From an uncultured Candidatus Saccharimonadales bacterium (GTDB lineage: Bacteria; Patescibacteriota; Saccharimonadia; UBA4664): 64,000 bases of DNA. The stretch covers positions 287,290-351,289 of the forward strand of contig CAZSRA010000001.1 in NCBI GenBank assembly GCA_964609585.1, in the 5' to 3' direction. A program made the position numbers and the translations under genes. This document shows positions 1 through 7,641 of the stretch, one piece after another. The notes below the pieces were generated by a model. It was not told the origin of the DNA. It saw nothing but the letters and a program-made list of their open reading frames with translations, and did no database searches. Position 1 is the stretch's first letter; each line of letters begins with the position of its first letter.

Positions 1-850
1 GTCCATGGGCCTTTAAGGCTTTAATGACGCCACCGGCAGTACCATCGTTGGCGGCAATGACGGCGTCGAGCTTACCGCCTTTGGTCAAGAAGTTGTCGAT
101 GCTGGTGAAGGCGGCATCGGCGCTCCAGTCGGGGGTGTATTGGTCGTAGACGATTCTGGCTTTGCCGCTAGTGACGAGTGGGTTTAGCACGCCCATGACG
201 CCTTGATGAACGAGGACGGCATTATTGTCGGTGTCGGAGCCACCGACGAGGGCGACATTGGGCGTTTTAATGCTTGAAGAGATGGCCTTCATGACATACT
301 GAGCTTGGTATTTGCCGATGAGCGTGCTGTCGAAGGTCACATAGGCGTCGAGGTCGCTGTCTAGGATAAGCCGGTCGTAGGCAATGACTTTAATGCCGGC
401 TTTGTGGGCTTCGGCAATGGTGGGGGCGACAGCATTTGCATCGTGAGGAACTATGATGAGCACATCAACTTTTTGAGCGATGAGGTTTTCAATTTGGGCG
501 ACTTGGGTTTTGTCATCGCTGTCGGCAACGAGTGTGGTGACAGCGCCCCCGAGTGATTTGGCCCGAGCGGCGATGAGATCACGGTCGTGAGCCCAACGGA
601 GTTCTTTGTAGGTGTCGAGCGAGAGGCCAATGCGGAATGTGGGCGTTACGTCTGCTGCTTTATTGGATGCTGGTCTGCTTGCCATCGTCCACCAAATGCC
701 GGCTATGACAACTGCTGCGACAATTATGGCCGTGGACAGCCATAATTTACTTAGCCCCGACTTCTTCGGGGAAACGCTTCGACCTGCTGGTGTTTTTGAT
801 TTGGTGATAGCGGGTTTTCTCGTTGACTTTGAAGCTCGGCTTCCTGGCAT
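1..850 (-). CDS. Sugar ABC transporter substrate-binding protein (periplasmic-binding-protein type I fold) with N-terminal membrane anchor; 3' end lies beyond the window start
   Basis: My own minus-strand translation from ATG at 848-850 gives MPGSRASKSTRKPAITKSK...AIIVAAVVIAGIWW (TM anchor), then a PBP1-type sugar-binding fold (TFRIGLSLDTYKELRWAHDRDL...DVLIIVPHDANAV...KVIAYDRLI...ANDGTAGGVIKALKAHG). There is no stop before position 1; the ORF track omits it because it runs off the edge. Confidence 0.6.
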   Translation of the reverse strand, partial: MPGSRASKSTRKPAITKSKTPAGRSVSPKKSGLSKLWLSTAIIVAAVVIAGIWWTMASRPASNKAADVTPTFRIGLSLDTYKELRWAHDRDLIAARAKSLGGAVTTLVADSDDKTQVAQIENLIAQKVDVLIIVPHDANAVAPTIAEAHKAGIKVIAYDRLILDSDLDAYVTFDSTLIGKYQAQYVMKAISSSIKTPNVALVGGSDTDNNAVLVHQGVMGVLNPLVTSGKARIVYDQYTPDWSADAAFTSIDNFLTKGGKLDAVIAANDGTAGGVIKALKAHG

Positions 851-1009
851 AATGTGAACCCTTTCGATAGTATGTTTGGTTTTTATCATAACACTTATGC
901 TTTACTTTTTATTGCATAATTTTTTTCTTGGTTGGACGACTCATAGATTTACAATAATGTCCAAATCAGGCGAATGTACTGTTTGTTTTGGACCGAGTAA
1001 GATAACAAC

Positions 1010-1585
1010 ATGCCCGCCCAGATACCAGTCGATCAAATTCAGACATTTCGCGACAATACGCCAAATGTCCTGGCCTTGCGCATGCAGGAGCAAGAAGTGT
1101 GTCAGTACTGGAGTGTAATCTTTTCGCCACGTGGGATCTCGACACTCACGAAGCAAGATATGACGGGCTTTCTTAGCTACCGCCAAAATCACCGCTGGCG
1201 CGAGATTAGTCGGGACGATGTGACTCTTGATATGGAACGTCTGCGACAAGCGCTGCTTGTGCTCATAGATGAATCGAGACCAGTGGCGGAACGGCTCAAT
1301 ATGCTCGAACCGGGCCGAGGAGAATTTGCAGTACCACACTTGGGAAAGGCAAAGCTTACTCCCCTACTGCTTGTTACCCATCCGAAATCGTATGGCGTAT
1401 GGAACGACTATGCTGAGCGGGCCTTGCGCGGGATGGGGTTGATGCCAGAATTTACTGAAGGAATGAAGCTGGGCGACCAGTATACACTCGTAAATGAGGT
1501 ACTTTTGGAACTTTCGACGAAGTACCGCGTAAGTTTGTGGTGGCTGGATGTTATTTTGGAGCGGATTGCTCGGCTTGTGCGCTAG
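1010..1585 (+). CDS. Hypothetical protein (191 aa)
   Basis: Long ORF between two minus-strand genes with plausible composition; its 3' end overlaps the zwf 3' end convergently by 35 nt. No recognisable motif and no strong RBS. Confidence 0.35.
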   Translation: MPAQIPVDQIQTFRDNTPNVLALRMQEQEVCQYWSVIFSPRGISTLTKQDMTGFLSYRQNHRWREISRDDVTLDMERLRQALLVLIDESRPVAERLNMLEPGRGEFAVPHLGKAKLTPLLLVTHPKSYGVWNDYAERALRGMGLMPEFTEGMKLGDQYTLVNEVLLELSTKYRVSLWWLDVILERIARLVR

Positions 1586-3029
1586 CTTCGTGGCTTGATA
1601 CCCACTCGCAGCCGTAGTTTTCGGCAAGTTTGGTGGCTGACGTAGGCCCCCAGCTGCCCATTTCGTAGGTTTCGGGTGGCTGCTTGCGGCTCTGCCAGGT
1701 GTCGAGAATGGGCTGGAGCAAGCGCCAACTCGCAAGCACTTCGGCGCTGGTGGCAAACAGTGATTGGTCGCCGCGCATAGCATCGATGAGAACGCGCTGG
1801 TAGGCATCGGGCTGGTGGCCATCGAAGACGCCAGAGTAGTTAAATTCCATTTCTACGGGTTGGAATTCGTTGCCAAATCCGGGTTTTTTGGCTAGGAGTT
1901 TGAGAGAAATGCCTTCGTTGGGTTGGATGCGAATGATGAGAAGGTTGTCGGCGAGCGATCTGCGCGTACGGTCTTTAAAAATAATTGATATTTCCGTGGC
2001 TTTTTCGGCCAGGGCTTTGCCGGTGCGCAAAAGTACCGGTACTCCGCCCCAGCGGGAGTTTGCGACTTCGAGTTTGACGGCAGCGAAAGTTTCGGTAGTG
2101 GAGTTTGGGTTTTCGACCTCGTCTTGATAGCCGGCATATTGTCCTCGGGTCGCGACGTCGTCGACATGTTTTTCGGCGATGGGTTCGATGCTTTCAAGCA
2201 GAAGCAATTTTTCTTTATGAATGGCAACAGGCGAAAGGCCTTCTGGATATTCCATCATGATGAGCGCCATCAGCTGCATGAGGTGGCTTTGGACGAAATC
2301 GCGCAAGGCGCCCATATCTTCGTAGAAAGCGGCTCGTCCTTGTATGCCAATTTTTTCGATGGCGGTGATTTGGATGTGATCGATGAACTGCCGGCTCCAG
2401 ATCCCTTCGATAAGCGGATTGTTGAAACGGAAGGTTAGGATGTTTTGAGCGGTTTCTTTGGCGAGGTAGTGATCGATCCGAAAAATTTGGCTTTCGTCGA
2501 AATGCTTGGACATATCTTCGATGAGGGAAGTAGCGGAGGTGAGATCGTAGCCGAAGGGTTTTTCGATTAAGATGCGGCTTTCGCGCTCATCACAAGAATT
2601 TAGCCCGCAGTCAGCAAGATTGCCGATGACTTTTTTGAAAATGTTGGGCGGGATGGCGAGGTAGAAAAGATGGTTTAGCTTTGTGCCAGCGGCAAGGTCG
2701 AGTTCGCGCAGGAGGCTTTTTAGTTTCTTGAAATCATCGGGGTCGGTGCTGTTCATTTTGATGGAGTGGATGCGGTTTTTGAGCTTGTCCAGAACGGTTC
2801 CATCAACTTCTTGGTGGGTGCGGAGAATTTGGATCTCGGCTTCTTTGAGCAGGGCGTCGACATCGGGTTCGCGCCGGAAGATGCCGACGATTACAAATTT
2901 GTCGGGAAGGAGATTTTGGGCTTCGAGGTGGTAAAGCGCGGGAAGAAGCATATGCTGCGAGAGATTACCGGTGATGCCAAAAATAACCAGAGCTGATGGG
3001 GTGGTGACGTGCTTCATAGGCATTATCAT
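1551..3029 (-). CDS. zwf: Glucose-6-phosphate 1-dehydrogenase
   Basis: 492-aa ORF with N-terminal Rossmann region LVIFGITGNLSQ and the diagnostic G6PD motif RIDHYLAKE. The start could be M1, M3 or M5. Confidence 0.9.
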   Translation of the reverse strand: MIMPMKHVTTPSALVIFGITGNLSQHMLLPALYHLEAQNLLPDKFVIVGIFRREPDVDALLKEAEIQILRTHQEVDGTVLDKLKNRIHSIKMNSTDPDDFKKLKSLLRELDLAAGTKLNHLFYLAIPPNIFKKVIGNLADCGLNSCDERESRILIEKPFGYDLTSATSLIEDMSKHFDESQIFRIDHYLAKETAQNILTFRFNNPLIEGIWSRQFIDHIQITAIEKIGIQGRAAFYEDMGALRDFVQSHLMQLMALIMMEYPEGLSPVAIHKEKLLLLESIEPIAEKHVDDVATRGQYAGYQDEVENPNSTTETFAAVKLEVANSRWGGVPVLLRTGKALAEKATEISIIFKDRTRRSLADNLLIIRIQPNEGISLKLLAKKPGFGNEFQPVEMEFNYSGVFDGHQPDAYQRVLIDAMRGDQSLFATSAEVLASWRLLQPILDTWQSRKQPPETYEMGSWGPTSATKLAENYGCEWVSSHEASAQAEQSAPK

Positions 3030-3062
3030 ACACGATCAAACCCATTCTGCACGCAGGTGATG

Positions 3063-3068
3063 TATAAT
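3063..3068 (+). promoter_or_regulatory. Perfect -10 hexamer TATAAT, 9 nt upstream of the following gene's ATG; possible leaderless or very short-leader transcript
   Basis: tgTATAATgg at 3061-3070 inside the 47-nt divergent zwf/methyltransferase intergenic region. No SD between it and the ATG at 3077. Confidence 0.3.
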
Positions 3069-3076
3069 GGTGGCTT

Positions 3077-4336
3077 ATGCAAGCCAATATTGTTTTTGAG
3101 AAAATTGTGGGTGGGGGTAAGGCCCTTGGGTATTTGGATGGCCGGCCGTGTTTTGCGGTGGGGCCGCTTCCAGGGGAGGCAGCAGATGTGCGAGTGGTGC
3201 GAGAGAAGCCGGGCTTTGTGGAGGCGAATGTGGTGCAGTTTACGACTGTATCGGAGCATCGCGGGGAGCCGGTGGAGGCGCATTTTTTGGAGTGTTCGCC
3301 GTGGCAGGGTGTGAAGTACGACTACCAGCTAGGACTGAAAAAGCAAATGCTTGCTGAGGCGTTCGGACGGCTGAAGATGCCGGTAACTGAGATGGTGGGG
3401 GCGAGTGCGCAGTTGGGGTACCGCAATAAATTGGAATTTTCGCTGGTAAAGTCTAGTGACGAGGTGAGCCTGGCCTTTCACGGACGCGGTAGTTATGAGG
3501 ATTTGGTGGCGTTGCCGCAAGGGTGCGCGTTGGGGTCTGCGGCCATGAACACTTCAGCACTGGCTTTAGTGGAGCGTGTACAGGCGCTGAAACTGGCCGG
3601 TTATGTGGAAACGGTGACGGTGCGGCAAAGCGTGTTGACGGGCCAAGTTTTGGGAGTTGTGGCGTTGCATCAAGTGCCAAAGCGAGATTTTAGGGAGCTC
3701 ATGGGCCCGGAACTGGCTGGTTTGGTGGTGGCCAGAGTGCGGCACCGAGATGCTTATGAAATGGTGTGGCATGAAGGTATTACGCAGCTGACCGAACGAA
3801 CTGGTGGCCTGGATCTTGTATATCCTTATAACAGTTTTTTCCAGACTAATCCGGCAATGTTTGAACTGGCCTTGGAGCGGATTTTGAAGCATGTGCCGAG
3901 TGGCGTTCGGCTTGCGGATCTGTATGGTGGCGTGGGTACGATTGGGCTAGCAGCGGCCGGCACTGCGCGCGAAGTTATTGGAGTGGAGGTGAACGCGGAT
4001 AGTGTGGCGCTTGCAAATGCTAACGCGGATCGGAATGGAATTTTGAATTACACAGCAGAGTGTGTGCCGGCCGAAGGTATGGACATGCGAGTTTTGCGAG
4101 GCGCGGATTGCGTGGTAGTGGATCCGCCGCGAGCTGGCTTGCACCGGCGGGTTGTGGAGGCGCTGCTCGAAGCGCGACCGGAACGGATTATTTATTTGTC
4201 TTGTAATCCGGCGACGCAGGTTCGGGATGTTGCGTTGCTGCTTGAGGGATATGCGGCGAAAGGTGTTACGGGGTTTGATTTTTATCCTGGTACTTTGCAC
4301 CTCGAATCACTGGTGGTACTAGACCGGATCACGTAG
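3077..4336 (+). CDS. 23S rRNA (uracil-5-)-methyltransferase, RumA/RlmD family (TRAM domain + SAM MTase)
   Basis: 419 aa with an N-terminal TRAM-like region and a C-terminal class I MTase fold including the DPPRAGL motif typical of the RumA/TrmA family. Confidence 0.8.
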   Translation: MQANIVFEKIVGGGKALGYLDGRPCFAVGPLPGEAADVRVVREKPGFVEANVVQFTTVSEHRGEPVEAHFLECSPWQGVKYDYQLGLKKQMLAEAFGRLKMPVTEMVGASAQLGYRNKLEFSLVKSSDEVSLAFHGRGSYEDLVALPQGCALGSAAMNTSALALVERVQALKLAGYVETVTVRQSVLTGQVLGVVALHQVPKRDFRELMGPELAGLVVARVRHRDAYEMVWHEGITQLTERTGGLDLVYPYNSFFQTNPAMFELALERILKHVPSGVRLADLYGGVGTIGLAAAGTAREVIGVEVNADSVALANANADRNGILNYTAECVPAEGMDMRVLRGADCVVVDPPRAGLHRRVVEALLEARPERIIYLSCNPATQVRDVALLLEGYAAKGVTGFDFYPGTLHLESLVVLDRIT

Positions 4337-4631
4337 AGCGGGCCTACACAAAAAGACCGAGAATGAGGAGAGGGTTTCTCGGCAAGGCGGCTTCCAGGGC
4401 CGGCTCAGAGTTCATGTAAACCCAAAGCCGACCCTATCCTAAATGCAAGCCCGCTATCGCTTTGCTATCGTTTTTGGGGCCTCGGCCGCGAAACGGTGTT
4501 GCTGTGGCTCGGGGCGGCATTTAGGTTCGTAATGCCATGTTGCTCCTTTCAGATAGGGCTTCGCTATAGCGATAATTCTAATTTGCAAGCGGTATGGGTG
4601 TTGTTGTTTTGACATTTTTGTTTTTAGATAC

Positions 4632-4665
4632 CAAAAAAGCCCCATTGCTGGGGCGTTTTTGGTGC
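4632..4665. terminator. Bidirectional rho-independent terminator
   Basis: aaaaaaGCCCCAttgcTGGGGCgttttt: GC stem with an A-tract 5' and a T-tract 3', so it works on either strand. It sits 14 nt downstream of the RRM gene stop. Confidence 0.6.
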
Positions 4666-4678
4666 TAACCAAGTAAAA

Positions 4679-4963
4679 TTAGTAGCGGTTTGGGCGAGGG
4701 CTGCGCTCAGGCATTGGCTTGGCAATGTTGACCGTGAGGCGGCGGCCGTCGAGCTCTTGGTCACCCAGCATCTGGATGGCTTTCTGAGCTTCTTCGTCCG
4801 TACTCATCTCGACAAAGCCGAAGCCCTTCGAGCGACCGGAGTCGCGGTCCATGATAACTTTGGCACTTACAACAGTACCGGCTTGCGCAAAGTGAGCAGC
4901 CAGAGTTTCATCAGTGGTACCAAACGATAGTGAACCAACGAACAGTTTATTGGCGGGGGTCAT
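4679..4963 (-). CDS. RRM-type RNA-binding protein (glycine-poor, single RRM)
   Basis: RNP-2 LFVGSLSF and RNP-1 KGFGFVEM motifs; AGGAGA SD 7 nt upstream of the ATG. Confidence 0.85.
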   Translation of the reverse strand: MTPANKLFVGSLSFGTTDETLAAHFAQAGTVVSAKVIMDRDSGRSKGFGFVEMSTDEEAQKAIQMLGDQELDGRRLTVNIAKPMPERSPRPNRY

Positions 4964-5266
4964 TAATATAATTCTCCTTGGGCGTTCGGTTTTACGAATA
5001 ATTCCGAGAGTCCTTAATATTGTGCTCTGGAATAAGATTCGCGTGGTTGCAGCATTGGCCGCTCGACTAAAACCGACAGGCTTTCACCTGCTTCAAGATT
5101 AAGTGGAGTATAGCATGTTTTAGTGGTGAATACCAGGGTAATGTGATTTTGGTGGTTATCGTTCCAAAACTTCAGATTATATCCTGAAGGCTTGGAGCGA
5201 TGCCGGGGTCCTTACCCGGCTCCTTGCATCTGGCTGATGCAAGAGGCTCCGTTCGAGATGGAGTTC

Positions 5267-6607
5267 TTATTCGCCTGGCTTTATGATTCGGCCAGCAGCT
5301 CGGCAGCGCTCGGCGAATTCCCGTGCTACTGTGAGCGATACCGGTAGCGTGCCAGCATAGTTGGCGAGACCGTTGATGTAGGAAATGGGGTACGTCCGGT
5401 TGGTACGCTGTTCGTTGATAGGAGGCCCAGGGTAGAAGGGTAGAATTCTCCTTCGGTTCCAAGCCCGCAAGAGTCCGGGAGTAATTCCGAGCTTACGTGC
5501 GGTCCTGTTCTGGACATATGTCCGCTTGTGACTAACGAACTGCGATAGCCACTCAAACTCTGGATTAAGCTTCTCCATTTGAGCCTTGAGTTCTGGGACT
5601 TCGTTGGCGTCATAAATGTAAACACGACCAATAGTCCGAAGTAGAGTCAGTTTTCCACAGTCATGGAGTTTTCTGACAACGCTCTCGGAACAACCAAGCT
5701 CCTGCTGGATTTGTCGAGAAGTCCACTCGTGTGACTGGAGAGTCTGCTGTCGGTCTCGTTTGATTTTGAGCCGTTCGACTTCCTCGGCGTCAAAACTTTT
5801 ACCGCGAGTGTTTCTAGGCGAATTGAGGATCCCTTCTTTTGCTAACGCCCAGACGGTTATTTGCGATACTCCGAGTCGATCAGCCGCCTCTTGGGCAGTC
5901 AATCTGGTGAGAGCTGCGGCATGAGTATGCGCATCTTCAGGGAGATAGTGGAGGCGGCGATCGATTTTGACCGCTGGAATCTGTTTGTTTTTCGCCCAGG
6001 TTACCACCTGATCTCGACTGTATCCGCAGAGACTGGCGACCTCTTTTGTGCCCCAAACTTCACCGGCCTCTCGGAATTGGCTGAGGAGGACGCGGGCTTG
6101 CTTTTGATGTTCGGGCGTTCCGTGCTCTATAAGCCAACTAAGATTACAAAGGTTGGCTTGGCTTTGAGTGGGTTGCCTGTTTTTTGTGAAGTCCAAGACG
6201 AGTACGATGTAACTCTCCGGTACCCGAGGTGCTGAGCCCTCCACTATGACAGGCACGCATTTTTCACGAATCCAGTGAATCATCAAGGAATCCGATACCT
6301 GAAGTCGCTCAGCCGCGATTGGGATGTCTAGGTATCTATGTTCTTGAGCCTCTCTGGCTCTTGCTTGCTCTTCTGGGGTTCCGTGCCGCCTTAACCAGGC
6401 CAACCGACATCTGTCTGCCTGATCGAGAGTTGGTTTTTTGCCTTTGCTGAAGCTCAAAACTAGCAAGATGTAGCTCTTGGGAATCTTGGGCCAGGCTTCC
6501 TTTGAGGTGCAGGGTACCCAGTCGTGATTGACCCAGCGGCGCATTTCAAGGTCGGTAATATGAAACAGTCGTGCAGCGTTCGCTAGGCCCACGAGCTCTT
6601 CGGACAT
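5267..6607 (-). CDS. Multi-HTH DNA-binding protein: about six excisionase/MerR-type (HTH_17-like) helix-turn-helix units with an internal tandem duplication
   Basis: Repeated segments such as LFHITDLEMRRWVNHDWVP, LQVSDSLMIHWIREKCVPV, LCGYSRDQVVTWAKNKQIPAVKIDRRL, LGVSQITVWALAKEGIL, LGCSESVVRKLHDCGKLT and LGITPGLLRAWNRRRILP. There is also a duplicated ~50-aa block (KIPKSYILLVLSFSKGKKPTLDQADRCRLAWLRRHGTPEEQ vs RVPESYIVLVLDFTKNRQPTQSQANLCNLSWLIEHGTPEHQ). AGGAGA SD upstream. Confidence 0.7.
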   Translation of the reverse strand: MSEELVGLANAARLFHITDLEMRRWVNHDWVPCTSKEAWPKIPKSYILLVLSFSKGKKPTLDQADRCRLAWLRRHGTPEEQARAREAQEHRYLDIPIAAERLQVSDSLMIHWIREKCVPVIVEGSAPRVPESYIVLVLDFTKNRQPTQSQANLCNLSWLIEHGTPEHQKQARVLLSQFREAGEVWGTKEVASLCGYSRDQVVTWAKNKQIPAVKIDRRLHYLPEDAHTHAAALTRLTAQEAADRLGVSQITVWALAKEGILNSPRNTRGKSFDAEEVERLKIKRDRQQTLQSHEWTSRQIQQELGCSESVVRKLHDCGKLTLLRTIGRVYIYDANEVPELKAQMEKLNPEFEWLSQFVSHKRTYVQNRTARKLGITPGLLRAWNRRRILPFYPGPPINEQRTNRTYPISYINGLANYAGTLPVSLTVAREFAERCRAAGRIIKPGE

Positions 6608-6691
6608 GAGTGATCTCCTAATTGTCTGGGTGCCCTCATTGTGAGATGAAAATACGTTAGCATGTGATGCGGTGCAGGTTCAATTTTGGAG

Positions 6692-7369
6692 CTAAGCTGG
6701 TGGTGGTGTGGTATCGAGATGGAGAGTGGTTTTGCTGGTAACGACACCGCCCTGGTCGAATTCATAGACTATGAGTACGCCAAAGGGCATCTCGAGGTGT
6801 TCCACGGCTTCATTCGAGAGATGCTCGATGTATTTCATGAGGGCACGAATGGTGTTGCCGTGGGCGGTAAGGAGGACGGTTTGGTCCGCTGTGAGCTTGG
6901 GCAAGACGTGGTCTTGAAAATACGGCACAGCTCTTTCATAGACGTCTTTTAGGGTTTCACCGTGCGGCACGGGTTCGTTCCAGCCGCGGCGCCAGCGAGT
7001 GAATTGGTCTTTGCCGTATTTTTCCTCGACTTCCCATTTATTGAGGCCGGTAAGCTGGCCGTAATCGCGTTCATTGAACTCGTGGGCGTGACGTACAGGC
7101 ACCTTCCAATTGTTCGTATGCAGGATGATTTCGAGTGTATCCTTGGCTCTTATAAGTGCCGAGGAATAAGCGATGTTTGGATGATAGTTTGTGAGCGCTT
7201 CGGCCATTTGTTTGGCATCGTGGCGGCCTTTTTTGGTGAGCGGAATGTCCCAAATGCCGGTCCAAAGGCTTTTGGCATTGAATTCTGATTCTCCGTGTCG
7301 AGCAAGGATTAACGTACCCACAAATAGTTGCTCTTTCGTGTTAGTAATCGGGTTGGTTATAGTTATCAT
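6692..7369 (-). CDS. gpmA: 2,3-bisphosphoglycerate-dependent phosphoglycerate mutase (histidine phosphatase superfamily)
   Basis: LILARHGESEFNAKSLWTGIWDIPLTKKGRHDA matches the RHGE catalytic motif of dPGM. I place the start at internal M45 of the tracked ORF (MITITNP...), because the upstream 44 aa are low-complexity. Confidence 0.8.
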   Translation of the reverse strand: MITITNPITNTKEQLFVGTLILARHGESEFNAKSLWTGIWDIPLTKKGRHDAKQMAEALTNYHPNIAYSSALIRAKDTLEIILHTNNWKVPVRHAHEFNERDYGQLTGLNKWEVEEKYGKDQFTRWRRGWNEPVPHGETLKDVYERAVPYFQDHVLPKLTADQTVLLTAHGNTIRALMKYIEHLSNEAVEHLEMPFGVLIVYEFDQGGVVTSKTTLHLDTTPPPA

Positions 7370-7449
7370 AATACACCGCAGGCAAGGGGTGGCCGTTGTA
7401 GAAGTTGGAGTTGACAGGGTCTGTATGTAGTATCGTATACTCAGCTTAA

Positions 7450-7465
7450 GCACTATATGTTGTGT
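7450..7465 (+). promoter_or_regulatory. Candidate NrdR box upstream of the RNR operon
   Basis: gCACTATATgTTGTGt matches 14 of 16 positions of the palindromic NrdR consensus acaCwAtATaTwGtgt; it lies ~180 nt upstream of the nrdA start. Confidence 0.35.
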
Positions 7466-7641
7466 ATGTGCTAGGAGATACCGGAGATGAGACGCCGGCA
7501 ATTATTCGGGGGGATACGGCCCGAATCTCCTCATTTCTTGAGCCCAGAAGCTTCTTTCGGCAGCATTAGTCGGTGAAACTTCCGCCTACTCTTGAGGTGG
7601 CTTTTTATTTCTTAAAATTTCAAAAAAATGAGAGGGGCCGA

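Noticed and set aside
612-857. 81-aa plus-strand ORF at the window start
   Set aside because: It lies antisense inside the minus-strand sugar-binding-protein gene, which translates cleanly from 850 to 1; no independent signals.
4380-4630. Possible tmRNA, RNase P RNA or SRP RNA in the long spacer
   Set aside because: I looked for hallmark strings (tmRNA GGGG…tRNA-like 3' end with CCA, RNase P GGAAAGTCCGGGCTCC-type P4, SRP domain-IV GGAAGCAGCC-type motif) and found none. It remains only a generic ncRNA candidate.
7573-7641. Upstream in-frame extension of nrdA (MKLPPTLEVAFYFLKFQKNERGR…)
   Set aside because: It lacks an RBS and reads through an A/T-rich promoter-like sequence; the ATG at 7642 has a GAGAGGGG SD and begins the ATP-cone.
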